DNA of 64,000 nucleotides, taken from UHGV virus genome UHGV-0038496; one strand, written 5' to 3'. The notes beneath the pieces are model-generated. The model made no database searches and was not told where the DNA came from. It saw only the letters and a program-made list of their open reading frames with translations. The first letter of the stretch is position 1, and each line of letters begins with the position of its first letter. This DNA comes from a virus. Below are positions 47,785 through 57,430 of the stretch, piece by piece. The translations under genes were made by a program, and so were the position numbers.

Positions 47785-47982
47785 ATGTTTGTAAAATGTA
47801 CGAAAACACCAGCAATAGGTGATTACCTGTTCTCAACAGGTGGTGTTTACTACGCTTACCTCGAAGGTTGGGACTTAATGGTGGATTCACCCAATGGTGG
47901 TCTGGCGATCCGGTTGATAGATCTCGTGGTCGCCGGATACGAGTTCGAGGAAGAAAACGGTGCAGCTTGCCCGGAGGAGTAA
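47785..47982 (+). CDS. Hypothetical small protein
   Basis: 65 aa ORF. Confidence 0.35.
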   Translation: MFVKCTKTPAIGDYLFSTGGVYYAYLEGWDLMVDSPNGGLAIRLIDLVVAGYEFEEENGAACPEE

Positions 47983-48001
47983 TCCTCCGGGCTATTTCCA
48001 C

Positions 48002-48031
48002 TTGACAATGCATGGATGTTTTGGGTATAAT
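48002..48031 (+). promoter_or_regulatory. Sigma70 consensus promoter
   Basis: TTGACA-N18-TATAAT upstream of the 48061 gene. Confidence 0.55.
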
Positions 48032-48060
48032 TGATAATCACACAGAATAAGGAGAGTAGC

Positions 48061-48345
48061 ATGTACACGTATAGAGTTCACCACCTTGAATCTGATGATA
48101 TTAAAGAGATTTCTCATGGCCTGAGCACTATGGTAATAGCTCTGAAGCGCAAGAAAGGTCTGCATGAGGTTTACATCCAGCCGAACGATGTTCTCCAGCT
48201 GGGAGATATGAAAGGGGTTAAAGTGAACCAGGTGGCAGGTGTGGATCAGAAAAGGTTTGTGAAAGGAAGCAAATGGAACGTAGTCTTCTTGTGTGCAACA
48301 AGTGAAGAAGCGTTGTACTACACAGTGACAGAATTTTGGTATTAA
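48061..48345 (+). CDS. Hypothetical early protein
   Basis: Start at MYTYRVHH with AAGGAGAG Shine-Dalgarno; 94 aa. Confidence 0.45.
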   Translation: MYTYRVHHLESDDIKEISHGLSTMVIALKRKKGLHEVYIQPNDVLQLGDMKGVKVNQVAGVDQKRFVKGSKWNVVFLCATSEEALYYTVTEFWY

Positions 48346-48359
48346 CAGGAGCACCACGC

Positions 48360-49637
48360 ATGAATCAAGTAAAAACAACCCTCTATGCACTCAACCGTGA
48401 CGGAAGCGTACAGCGGTGGAAAGTGTTTACAGAGGGTGAAAAAGTAATAGTTGAGTTCGGTAAGAAAGACGGTAAAATGCAGTACAAGGAGACGATCTGC
48501 AAAGCTAAAAACGTAGGCCGTGCCAATGAGACTACTCCAGAGCAACAGGCCGTTCTGGAAGCAACCAGTAAGTGGGAGAAGCAAGTTCGCCTGGGTTATG
48601 TTGAAGATGAAAGCAATCTTGTGGTGGAAGAAAATCTGATTCCGATGCTGGTCCATGATTACCTGAAACGCGGTAAATCACTTATTCTGCCGTGCTGGGG
48701 ATCACACAAGCTGGATGGTCTGCGGCTGCTGGTAAACTTCGAAGGGGATACTCCTGTGTTTATCTCACGCGGTAACAAATCGTATCCTATCGAAGGGGAC
48801 ATTATCAAACAACTTAAACAGCTCCGTATCCGCACTGGATTCAGCCGTTTTGACGGTGAGATTTACATTCATGGTCTGCCGTTGCAGAAAATAGTGTCTC
48901 TGGCGAAACGCTGGCGCACACAGGAAGAAATTCAGGCCGAGATCGATAAAGACTATGCCGCCGACATAAAACGCCGTCAGGCAGCGATTAAGGCAGGAAA
49001 ACCGACGTATCTGAACTTCAACAAAGAAGAGTTTCCTGTTGAAGTCGAACCTGTGCGTGATGACATGCGTTACGGTGGTTACTCAAGCTACGATCTGCAA
49101 TACCACATCTTCGATATTCCGAGTAACAAAGTATGGTGGGATCCTGAAACAGAGCAAGGGCGTTGTGCAGATCTTCTTGGCATCAAAGATTTCATTGAAG
49201 ATCTTGACCACATCTTCACTGCTGAGCCGGAACTGTTCCACACGGTTGAAGAGTGTGAAGAATCGGTGGGACGCTACATGGCTGAAGGTTATGAAGGTAC
49301 AGTACTGCGTAATTTCTGTGGTGAATATGAATACGGTCAACGTTCATGTAATGCTTTGAAATGGAAGAAATTTAACACGGATGAGGCCAAAGTTGTCGGT
49401 GCTGAAGAAGATAAAAACGGTGAAGGTGTATTGATTTGCCAGCTGAAAAATGGTAAAGTATTTAAGTGCAAAATGAAAGGCACACATGGTGAACGGTTGT
49501 ACTGGAGGATGGCTAATCTGAAAGGTAAATTTATCACGTTTAAGTACCAGGCTCTCACAGAAGACGGTCTTCCTAGTTTCCCTACAGGTATAGCGGTACG
49601 GGATGTAGACCCAATTACCTGGGAGGTTTTAGAATGA
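48360..49637 (+). CDS. ATP-dependent DNA ligase
   Basis: Start at MNQVKTT with AGGAG Shine-Dalgarno; adenylation motif I SHKLDGLR (KxDG); size 425 aa typical of phage ligases. Confidence 0.8.
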   Translation: MNQVKTTLYALNRDGSVQRWKVFTEGEKVIVEFGKKDGKMQYKETICKAKNVGRANETTPEQQAVLEATSKWEKQVRLGYVEDESNLVVEENLIPMLVHDYLKRGKSLILPCWGSHKLDGLRLLVNFEGDTPVFISRGNKSYPIEGDIIKQLKQLRIRTGFSRFDGEIYIHGLPLQKIVSLAKRWRTQEEIQAEIDKDYAADIKRRQAAIKAGKPTYLNFNKEEFPVEVEPVRDDMRYGGYSSYDLQYHIFDIPSNKVWWDPETEQGRCADLLGIKDFIEDLDHIFTAEPELFHTVEECEESVGRYMAEGYEGTVLRNFCGEYEYGQRSCNALKWKKFNTDEAKVVGAEEDKNGEGVLICQLKNGKVFKCKMKGTHGERLYWRMANLKGKFITFKYQALTEDGLPSFPTGIAVRDVDPITWEVLE

Positions 49638-50278
49638 AAAAGAGAAATAGAAAACCTGTAGAGTGGTATTTGTTAGATTTTGACTTTAAATTCAGAGATG
49701 GTACATGGTGCAACTGTACTGAAGTTGTTGTAGGTGATAAATCTTACAAAGTTTTAACAAAAGCAGGTATGATATGGTTTAATATCAAACAGAGAACAAG
49801 GTTGGGGTCAGCTTACCAGAAAAATAAGCCCACTTATGCTGGAGTAAAAAATTGTTTTAAGGATTTTCAAGATTTTTGTGATTTTTGCCAAACAGCCCCA
49901 GGGTATCACATGAAGGATAAGTATGGTAGAAACTATGCTTTAGATAAAGACATTCTTGATAGAAGTGGTAGAAAAGAGTATAGTAGAGACACCTGTTGCT
50001 TTGTTCCTTTGGATGTAAATAATATGTTGTTAACTAGAGGAGGTAAAAAGGCTTCAGACTGTCCACCAGGTATATGTATGACTTCTTGTAAAAAATATGT
50101 AGTTCGTGATGGTCGTGGTAAAAGCAAAGTCTGTAATACGTTAGAGGAAGCCATAGCTGTTAAAAATAAGTTAAAAGCCGAGAGAATCTTGAGCAAGGTG
50201 GAAAGTGGTTATCTCGATTATGACAAAAGGATAGCTTTGCGTTTAACGGAGATAGCTGAAGATCTTCTAGGAGGGTAG
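49634..50278 (+). CDS. Cysteine-rich putative DNA-binding/endonuclease-like protein
   Basis: 214 aa; several Cys clusters (CNC, CDFC, CCF, CPPGIC); basic; family not resolved. Confidence 0.35.
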   Translation: MKKRNRKPVEWYLLDFDFKFRDGTWCNCTEVVVGDKSYKVLTKAGMIWFNIKQRTRLGSAYQKNKPTYAGVKNCFKDFQDFCDFCQTAPGYHMKDKYGRNYALDKDILDRSGRKEYSRDTCCFVPLDVNNMLLTRGGKKASDCPPGICMTSCKKYVVRDGRGKSKVCNTLEEAIAVKNKLKAERILSKVESGYLDYDKRIALRLTEIAEDLLGG

Positions 50279-50282
50279 TCAA

Positions 50283-50783
50283 ATGGCTATAATAGATCGG
50301 ATGCCGATGCTGCAAAAAGCATTGCTGTACATACTGATTTTCACGCTGTGTAACATTGCGGTTGGTGTTTGGGGATGGTTGGTTATCCCGATAACGACTT
50401 CTTGCTGTGTTGCTGCAAACATGTTTCTGCGTGACAACGTGATCCACCAGTATGGAGCATTCTGGTCTATAAGCATGGTGGCAATAGCTGGTATGGTTAC
50501 AGCAGCTGTATCTCCTGTTGCCACACAGGCCGCGATAGGTTGCTTTGTGGCTGTTGTAGCAAGCTGCGGCGCTGCTAACATACTTTATAGATTCACAGAT
50601 AACATAGTGGTTGTTAATATCTGCACTGCTGCTGTAGATGCATTGATATTCAGTCCGGTTGCATTCCTGGAGATTATGCCAGGTGTTATGGCTATGCAGT
50701 TTGGGGTGAAATGCATTGCGGTTGTGCTGGTTGGGGTACTGATTGCTAAACTTGAACGAAGAGAGGCTCACAACAATGATTAA
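50283..50783 (+). CDS. Polytopic inner-membrane protein
   Basis: 166 aa with about four hydrophobic helices. Confidence 0.5.
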   Translation: MAIIDRMPMLQKALLYILIFTLCNIAVGVWGWLVIPITTSCCVAANMFLRDNVIHQYGAFWSISMVAIAGMVTAAVSPVATQAAIGCFVAVVASCGAANILYRFTDNIVVVNICTAAVDALIFSPVAFLEIMPGVMAMQFGVKCIAVVLVGVLIAKLERREAHNND

Positions 50784-51480
50784 ACTGTACCGTAAGCTGG
50801 AAGAACTTTCACTTAGTAATAACTTCGTATGGGCTGCTGACCACGTACGAGACTGGAACCTCACTGCTGCACAGGCCAAAGGTGGTAAGTTTACACCTCT
50901 GGATCTGCAACTAAGTTTTGTGGAAGAAGAGTTCAACGAGGTGCTGGAAGCAATTGACGAAGGAAATATTGATCATCTGATGAAAGAGGCTTGTGATCTC
51001 TTCGTGGTGACAAGCTATGCCGGATACTTGCTCCGTGAAACATTGGTCTGGAGGGATTTATTCGAGCGTGACACAGAAAGCAAGTTTGAAATCGGAACGT
51101 TTATGCATCTCCTGAGTCGTGCGATGGTTGGTGATCATCAGTCAATGAACGTTGCTAAACTTTGCCGTATGTCAACTGCTCTGCTGTTCCAGCTCCGTGG
51201 CGATACTGAAGGCATGATGAAAAAAGTTCTGGAATCAAACGACAGTAAGTTTGCCACATTACAGAAACTTCGTGCAGCACACGGTGTTCCTGCTGTGCAG
51301 GTAGATATTCCGTCACTGATAGGTTTGGAGCTAAAAGAGTTGACAAACCGCTTCGAAGGGCGTTATACTGGTTTCACTTGCTCAGAAGTCGTCTACAAAG
51401 GTGAAAAACGCTTCGTCTTCCTTGACGGAAAAGGTAAGATCATGAAGCCTTCGAGCTTTGTAGATGTTGATGAACTGTAA
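50776..51480 (+). CDS. MazG-like nucleoside triphosphate pyrophosphohydrolase (putative)
   Basis: Start at MIKLYRK with GAGAGG Shine-Dalgarno; EEEFNEVLEAIDEGNIDHLMKEACDLFVV resembles the all-alpha NTP-PPase metal-binding helix. Confidence 0.45.
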   Translation: MIKLYRKLEELSLSNNFVWAADHVRDWNLTAAQAKGGKFTPLDLQLSFVEEEFNEVLEAIDEGNIDHLMKEACDLFVVTSYAGYLLRETLVWRDLFERDTESKFEIGTFMHLLSRAMVGDHQSMNVAKLCRMSTALLFQLRGDTEGMMKKVLESNDSKFATLQKLRAAHGVPAVQVDIPSLIGLELKELTNRFEGRYTGFTCSEVVYKGEKRFVFLDGKGKIMKPSSFVDVDEL

Positions 51481-51539
51481 CAACAATCGCCAGGGCTAGT
51501 CCCTGGCTTTGATCGTTGAAACTGCACACGGAGACTACT

Positions 51540-52103
51540 ATGAAAGTGACAGACGATAAAGATCGTGAAGAACTTGCCAAAAAATACGAAATCCCAGGTA
51601 AAACGTTCACATGGACACACGGTTATCAGAGAAACCATTCTGATATTAATGACCGTAAACACCCTGATTTGTGGTTGAAACCTCCTGTACAAGAGGAGGA
51701 GAAGAAACACGAAACAGTTACCCCACGCAAAGATGGTAACTACATTAAGTGTGGTAAATCATCCACACAGAAAGAGGGCTATGCCCTTGATGAGGTGTTG
51801 CATGATGTAGAAACTGTTGTTGATGAGCGCAAACAGCTGATGCTGCAATGGTATCAGAAAGGTTTCTTTGATATGCAAGCTATCAGGAAAGTTTGTGATG
51901 TTAAGAAATCTCAATACGATGATGACTCATTGCATCGTGCACTAAAACACTACGCAGAGCGCTACGGTATGGCTTTGGTTGAACTTGATAAAACAGTACT
52001 GTACCCGCTTGAAGCGATTGCTGGCAGGTTTGGTGATGCTTACGGCGAGATGCTTGGCAACGGGGACGATGTGCTGTTCAATAAAATTTATAGCGGCAAA
52101 TAA
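51540..52103 (+). CDS. Hypothetical protein
   Basis: Start at MKVTDDKD with GGAG Shine-Dalgarno; 187 aa. Confidence 0.45.
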   Translation: MKVTDDKDREELAKKYEIPGKTFTWTHGYQRNHSDINDRKHPDLWLKPPVQEEEKKHETVTPRKDGNYIKCGKSSTQKEGYALDEVLHDVETVVDERKQLMLQWYQKGFFDMQAIRKVCDVKKSQYDDDSLHRALKHYAERYGMALVELDKTVLYPLEAIAGRFGDAYGEMLGNGDDVLFNKIYSGK

Positions 52104-52115
52104 CAGGAGGATACT

Positions 52116-53255
52116 TTGAGAGACTACCCATTACTTACCTCTATTGAGGAGTTAAAAGATCTTCTTGAACCTGATGCTAAAATCTACTACGACTTTGATC
52201 AGGTGGCTTATCAGGCTGCTGCAAGCTGTGAGAAACGCACCATCGAGGTCACTCACAAAGCGTCAGGACACAAGAAAGAGTTCAAGACCAGAACAGAGTT
52301 CTGGGGCAGACAGAAAAAAGCTGTAGGTGGTTGGCTGAAAGCTGAGAATGCTAACCGTGAAGCACGTTGCAAGAAAGCTGGTAAAGAGTTCGTACCCTGG
52401 ACCCGCGATGATTTTGATGTGCTGGATATACAGACACCTGAGCCTGTTGAGAATTGCCTCCACACACTGAAATGCAAAGCTAACGCAGTGCTCAACCACC
52501 TCGGTATCCCAGTTGAAAGATGTGTTGGCGTGCTCGGTGGGGAAGGGAACTTCCGTCTGGATCTCCCTATGCCGGAACAGTACAAGGCCAACAGGGCTGA
52601 CATGCTGCGACCCCTGATGCTGCCGGATGCACGTAGATACCTGCGAGAGCACTTCAACGCACAAGTGATCGACGGTATGGAAGCCGATGACTGGTTGGCA
52701 ATCCAGCAGTATTCCGGTTGGCTACATTACCAACAGACAGGTAAATTCGACAAACTGGTGATCAGTATCGATAAAGATCAACGCCAGACTCCTGGCCTGC
52801 TGTTTGATCCGATGCGTAATGACAAAGGTGATTTTGTTCGTGAAACACCGATGCTGATCGACGATTCCATAGGCCACATCTTCATGAAGCCGAACGGGGA
52901 TGTTGGTGGCTGGGGCCAGATGTTCTTCCATTACCAAATGTTGTGTGGGGATACCGCTGATAACATCAAACCCTATCAGGGGTTGATTGCTAAAGGCCGT
53001 TTTGGTGATGCTTCTGCATTCCAGCTGTTATCCGTATGCGAGAGTGAACTGGAGCTGTGGGAAGCAACGATCCAGCAGTATAAAGAGTGGTTCCCAGATG
53101 GGCGGGTGAAATACACCGACTTCAACGGCATTGATCGGGACATTTCGGTTGGTCAGTGGATGGGCGTTATTTTCGATGCTGTCTATATGAAGCGTGTTTT
53201 CAATGACAAAACTTCTTTATCTTCGACTTTACGTCGAGTGGGGATTATCAAATGA
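52116..53255 (+). CDS. 5'-3' exonuclease / flap endonuclease (FEN/RNase H-like)
   Basis: 379 aa; VIDGMEADDWLAI (xEADD motif) and CGDTADNI (GDxxDNIPG-like). Confidence 0.65.
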   Translation: MRDYPLLTSIEELKDLLEPDAKIYYDFDQVAYQAAASCEKRTIEVTHKASGHKKEFKTRTEFWGRQKKAVGGWLKAENANREARCKKAGKEFVPWTRDDFDVLDIQTPEPVENCLHTLKCKANAVLNHLGIPVERCVGVLGGEGNFRLDLPMPEQYKANRADMLRPLMLPDARRYLREHFNAQVIDGMEADDWLAIQQYSGWLHYQQTGKFDKLVISIDKDQRQTPGLLFDPMRNDKGDFVRETPMLIDDSIGHIFMKPNGDVGGWGQMFFHYQMLCGDTADNIKPYQGLIAKGRFGDASAFQLLSVCESELELWEATIQQYKEWFPDGRVKYTDFNGIDRDISVGQWMGVIFDAVYMKRVFNDKTSLSSTLRRVGIIK

Positions 53256-53584
53256 ATAAAATCGATGGCGGTGACTTAGCAATTATGGCAGCAGTGTTCG
53301 AAGACGAACATAAAGTTGGTGTAACACAGCTTAAGCCGACGTTCATCGTAGCCACAGGGATGTGGCGTTTGTACGATGAAAATGACTTTGCTTTCATCCT
53401 TTGTACAGATGATTTTGCGAGTGATCGTGTTTTCGCATTGACTCTGAATAAGGATTGTGAGATAATTGAGGGTGAAAACTTATGTGTGTTCACCAGTGTG
53501 CAGGAAGATGCGACTGGTCCAGCATATTCTCTGGTACTTTTCAAAGAAAAAGCGTGGGATGGTGAGGAGGTTCCCGAAGAATGA
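53252..53584 (+). CDS. Hypothetical protein
   Basis: 110 aa, translationally coupled. Confidence 0.4.
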   Translation: MNKIDGGDLAIMAAVFEDEHKVGVTQLKPTFIVATGMWRLYDENDFAFILCTDDFASDRVFALTLNKDCEIIEGENLCVFTSVQEDATGPAYSLVLFKEKAWDGEEVPEE

Positions 53585-54135
53585 AATTCGTAACAGCAGA
53601 TCTACACCTATTGCATAAAAATATCCTGAATTTTGATTCATCGCAAAAACACAGGGGTATGTACAAAGGTAATCTGGACTCCATGCACAGGGGAATTATC
53701 ACTACGTGGAATGATCAAGTGTCTCCTGATGATACTGTGTTCCTTCTGGGGGACATTTGTTGCGCTAAGGATAAAGATATCGCACACGATCTGCAATACT
53801 TTTTGGATATTATGAACGGTCATATTATTCTTGTCCGTGGGAATCATGATACCGAAACCACAGTGCGGATCATGAAAGAGTTTGGTCATGAAGTGGTTGA
53901 CTACTACGAATGCCGGGACTTCGAAGATCTGATCTGCATGAGCCACTACCAGTTTGCTACATGGAATAAGAAACGCTACGGTGCAAGGCAGCTGTACGGG
54001 CATGATCATGGTACGGGGACTGAGTGCTACGGCAGGCAGATGGATTGCGGCTGGGATCTGTGGGGCAGACTGTTAACGCTGGAGGAGGCCTACAACATGA
54101 CAGGCGCACTTCCGGTATGGAATAAACATTGTTAA
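53581..54135 (+). CDS. Calcineurin-like metallophosphoesterase
   Basis: 184 aa; LLGDICCA and VRGNHD metallophosphatase signatures. Confidence 0.6.
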   Translation: MKFVTADLHLLHKNILNFDSSQKHRGMYKGNLDSMHRGIITTWNDQVSPDDTVFLLGDICCAKDKDIAHDLQYFLDIMNGHIILVRGNHDTETTVRIMKEFGHEVVDYYECRDFEDLICMSHYQFATWNKKRYGARQLYGHDHGTGTECYGRQMDCGWDLWGRLLTLEEAYNMTGALPVWNKHC

Positions 54136-54144
54136 GGAGAACAA

Positions 54145-54879
54145 ATGATTAATTTCTTCTTTAATGATAATTTCCCATTTTGGTACAAAGATGGGGAGTT
54201 GATTTGGACAAAGAATCACTACAGAGGTAGAGGCAAAAGTCAACTCTTTATAAAAGCTGGCACAAAAGCGGGTTGTAAAGATAGGCAAGGGTATATCGGT
54301 ATTAAATCCTCAGAGGTTCGTGAGAGGAAACGTCATAGAATAATTTATGATATGTTTTATAACTCCTTAACAAAAAACTTTCTTGTCAGGCATTTAAATG
54401 ACATAAAAGGTCAGGATAACATAGAAAATCTCGCTATGGGCACGTACAGCGAGAACAATAAGGATCGCATAAGAAATAATTTACTACAGAAAAATAACTT
54501 GTACGGTCACGCAGGTGTTCATAAGAAACGTGAGAACGGTTTATGGTACGCAGAATATAACACCCTTGCGGGAGGGACAAGATTTGCTGGGTATTTTAAG
54601 ACCAAAGACGAGGCTGTAGAGGCAAGGAAACAGCTAGTTTCAGGCACTTACAAAGGCAAAACACTTAAACTCAATAACACATCTGGGTGTACAGGTGTTA
54701 AATGGAGACATGACACAGGCAAGTGGCAAGTTCAGATTGCTGAAAACAGCAAAAGGTATCACTTAGGGCAATACGCAGAGTGGTGGGACGCTGTATGTGT
54801 CAGAAAATCAGCAGAATATGCAAAACATAATGGTTTGTTGGAAGAGTGGTTGATTGGAGGTTCGAATGAAATTGAATAA
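54145..54879 (+). CDS. Free-standing HNH homing endonuclease with AP2 domains
   Basis: 244 aa; VRHLNDIKGQDNIENL HNH motif; two AP2-like modules (GHAGVHK...WYAEY and GCTGVKW...WQVQI); paralog of 17903..18568. Confidence 0.75.
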   Translation: MINFFFNDNFPFWYKDGELIWTKNHYRGRGKSQLFIKAGTKAGCKDRQGYIGIKSSEVRERKRHRIIYDMFYNSLTKNFLVRHLNDIKGQDNIENLAMGTYSENNKDRIRNNLLQKNNLYGHAGVHKKRENGLWYAEYNTLAGGTRFAGYFKTKDEAVEARKQLVSGTYKGKTLKLNNTSGCTGVKWRHDTGKWQVQIAENSKRYHLGQYAEWWDAVCVRKSAEYAKHNGLLEEWLIGGSNEIE

Positions 54880-55345
54880 AGATAAGCAATTAAGAGCATT
54901 TTTTCGTCTTATTTCGTTCAGCGAGGGGACCGACCGTTATGGTGGAGAAGATGCTTCGTACCACATCCTGGTTGGTGGAAAGTACATAAGGGATCTCAGT
55001 AAGCACCCCGGTATCTATGTTAAACTGCGTCCAGGCTTAACGTCATCAGCATTCGGCAGATACCAGATCTTGGAGAAATATGCCAAGCATTATATGAAAC
55101 AACTTGGCTTAAAAGATTTTGGTCCGGCGAGTCAGGATGCTATAGCAAAACAACTGATCCGTGAATGTAAAGCCCTTGATGACATATATGAAGGAAGGAT
55201 CCGTTCAGCTATCTACAAATGCCGTAGCCGTTGGGCAAGTTTCCCACCGCCTCCTGGTTCTGGTAAACTTTATGATCAGCGGGTTGAGGATGTTGAAAAA
55301 ATGTTGAAAATCTTCCGCGATGCTGGAGGTGTGGTCACGGATTAA
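54866..55345 (+). CDS. Endolysin, lambda R-like lytic transglycosylase
   Basis: Start at MKLNKDKQ with GGAGG Shine-Dalgarno; SEGTD (catalytic Glu), GRYQ, KQLGLKDFxPxSQDA, RWASFP align with lambda R. Confidence 0.8.
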   Translation: MKLNKDKQLRAFFRLISFSEGTDRYGGEDASYHILVGGKYIRDLSKHPGIYVKLRPGLTSSAFGRYQILEKYAKHYMKQLGLKDFGPASQDAIAKQLIRECKALDDIYEGRIRSAIYKCRSRWASFPPPPGSGKLYDQRVEDVEKMLKIFRDAGGVVTD

Positions 55346-55351
55346 GTTTAT

Positions 55352-55380
55352 TTGACAGCCTGCTTTGTTTTTGGTATACT
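55352..55380 (+). promoter_or_regulatory. Sigma70 consensus promoter
   Basis: TTGACA-N17-TATACT upstream of the 55408 gene. Confidence 0.5.
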
Positions 55381-55407
55381 TCGGTTGTTGATAAAAAGGA
55401 GGGCACT

Positions 55408-55611
55408 ATGAAAACACTGTGGGCTGTCTTTATTTCTGCTATGATGTTTGCTTCTGGTTCTGCATGGGCAGGTGATACAGCTTACCTTGTGGACACTTAT
55501 CGTGGCAACGGGCAGAAAGTTTGTATCTATGAAACGAGCCAAGGTGAAGTGTACGAACTGGTGAAACAGGGTGAGGCTGGTAGTTGCCCACGTACACATT
55601 ATTTTGACTAA
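55408..55611 (+). CDS. Small secreted protein with signal peptide
   Basis: 67 aa; MKTLWAVFISAMMFASGSAWA cleavable signal peptide (AWA-G); two Cys in mature part; AAGGAGG Shine-Dalgarno. Confidence 0.5.
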   Translation: MKTLWAVFISAMMFASGSAWAGDTAYLVDTYRGNGQKVCIYETSQGEVYELVKQGEAGSCPRTHYFD

Positions 55612-55628
55612 TATACAGGAGCGGGATC

Positions 55629-56066
55629 ATGAACCCACAAGATATGGCGAGCATTGAGGATGCTTTGCTATTTGTGAAGGGGGCTTCTGAGATCCTCGAA
55701 CTTGATGAAGAGCAGAGGGTAAACCTGTTGTGCAGAGTGCAGCAGGCTTACAATCTTCCTCAAATCCTGCTTCGGGATGATGAGCTATATAAAGAACCAG
55801 ATCCACAACTGATTCCTCTGGAGACAATCCTCCACCGGATGGGTTGGAGTCGTTCAAAGATTGCCAATAACATTGTGCTGGCTTTTCAGCATCTGGTGAA
55901 CAAAGGGGCTATGGTGCTTACGCAACAAGGCTTCTGCCTCACAGAAGAATCTGAGATTGGTCTGGGAAAGAATTTGTACGATGACGGGGCTGTACATCCA
56001 CGATTCTACGAAGATCAAATGAAAATTATTATCAATTTGCTGCGGGATTTCGATCCTGTAGTATAA
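55629..56066 (+). CDS. Hypothetical protein
   Basis: 145 aa ORF. Confidence 0.45.
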   Translation: MNPQDMASIEDALLFVKGASEILELDEEQRVNLLCRVQQAYNLPQILLRDDELYKEPDPQLIPLETILHRMGWSRSKIANNIVLAFQHLVNKGAMVLTQQGFCLTEESEIGLGKNLYDDGAVHPRFYEDQMKIIINLLRDFDPVV

Positions 56067-56076
56067 GGAGTTGACA

Positions 56077-56688
56077 GTGATTTTACTTTCTGTTGACCAA
56101 TCACTAACACATTCGGCCTGCTGTATATGGCAGGATGGTGTTCCGGTGCACAAAGCCGTCTTTAAGACAGCAGATAGCTGTGCCAAAGAGGTGAAGAAGG
56201 GGGCTTATCAAGCCCATTTTACCGTTGAGCGTATACAGTGGTTATGCGAACAAATAGCTGCACTTGCTGAAGAGTGGAAAATAGACCACTTTGTGATGGA
56301 AGACTTACCTTTCAACCTTGCCCGTGGCAACGCTGGCAAGGATTTGGCAGGTCTGTTCTATGCTATTGAGCTTGCCATGTTGAAGACGCTCGGAGACATA
56401 TCGAAAATTCACACAGTGAACGTAACTGCCGCTAAGAAGCAGGCTCACAGCTTTTTACCACCAGAACTTGCCTTTTATGAAGAAATAAAGGTTGACAAAC
56501 GTTCCGGTAAGGAGCATACTATTACGAAGCAAGTGAAAATGGATAAGAAACTTATGATCGCCGCTGCTGAAAGTAAGTGGCCTGGGTTTCTTGACGGTAT
56601 GAACTTGACTATGGGCAAGGCTGACGTAGCGGATGCTTTGTGGATAGGCTATTGTTGGTGGGAGGGTATATCAGGAAGCGCAAGGTAA
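56077..56688 (+). CDS. RuvC-like Holliday junction resolvase (putative)
   Basis: GTG start 6 nt after TAAGGAG; LSVDQSLTHSA resembles the RuvC first acidic motif; about 200 aa. Confidence 0.5.
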   Translation: MILLSVDQSLTHSACCIWQDGVPVHKAVFKTADSCAKEVKKGAYQAHFTVERIQWLCEQIAALAEEWKIDHFVMEDLPFNLARGNAGKDLAGLFYAIELAMLKTLGDISKIHTVNVTAAKKQAHSFLPPELAFYEEIKVDKRSGKEHTITKQVKMDKKLMIAAAESKWPGFLDGMNLTMGKADVADALWIGYCWWEGISGSAR

Positions 56689-57221
56689 AAGCAAGGCGTA
56701 AGGCTGTGAAAGCCCCTGTGACGGGCAGGTGGTTGAAGGATTCGAAAGAAATTGCAGCTTTGCGTGAAGAAATGTCTGAGGAACAGGGTGGTCTGGATCC
56801 TGTACTTGGCGAGCCACTTCGCAAACCAGTACTCGACCATGACCATGCAGACGGACACTGTAGAGGTGTTTTATCACAGTGTGTGAATACCTGGGAGGGG
56901 TATATCACGAAATACTGGATGAAATACGTTGCAGAGTACACAGATTGCAGTCTATCAGAGGCGTTGCGCCGGATGGCTGACTATCTTGAAAATGACTACA
57001 GTGATCTCCCGTTCCACAAGAATTACAGAGATGATATGACTAAGTTCTTAAGGCGCTGTTCTAAGGCCACAATCATCGCCAGAGCGAAGAAAGACCTTAA
57101 TCTGGACATACCTGAGGACTTAACCAAACATGAAGCCATAGAGGCTTACATGAAGGAATTTATTAAGTATACAGAGGAGAGAGACTTTTATGTCGGAGAT
57201 CAGAGAGAAACCCGTGTTTAA
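56640..57221 (+). CDS. Endonuclease VII-like zinc-binding nuclease (putative)
   Basis: 193 aa; LDHDHADGHCRGVLSQCVN matches the Endonuclease_7 DHDH...C...C pattern; start uncertain (overlaps upstream gene). Confidence 0.45.
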   Translation: MDRLLLVGGYIRKRKVKARRKAVKAPVTGRWLKDSKEIAALREEMSEEQGGLDPVLGEPLRKPVLDHDHADGHCRGVLSQCVNTWEGYITKYWMKYVAEYTDCSLSEALRRMADYLENDYSDLPFHKNYRDDMTKFLRRCSKATIIARAKKDLNLDIPEDLTKHEAIEAYMKEFIKYTEERDFYVGDQRETRV

Positions 57222-57420
57222 ACCATGTGAATCAGTTGTACTAAGATTTCTTTACCGTAACTACAAAGGTAAATACTCTGATCGGATAGTCACAGAACCA
57301 CAAATCTGGTTCGGACATACAGAATGGCATCCTGAAGATTGTTACCTGATGCACGCTTTTGACATAGAGAAAGGCGAGTATCGGGACTTCAAGGTTCAAG
57401 ATATCGTACGATTCTACTAA
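57190..57420 (+). CDS. Hypothetical small protein
   Basis: 76 aa ORF. Confidence 0.35.
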   Translation: MSEIREKPVFKPCESVVLRFLYRNYKGKYSDRIVTEPQIWFGHTEWHPEDCYLMHAFDIEKGEYRDFKVQDIVRFY

Positions 57421-57430
57421 GGATAACGAA

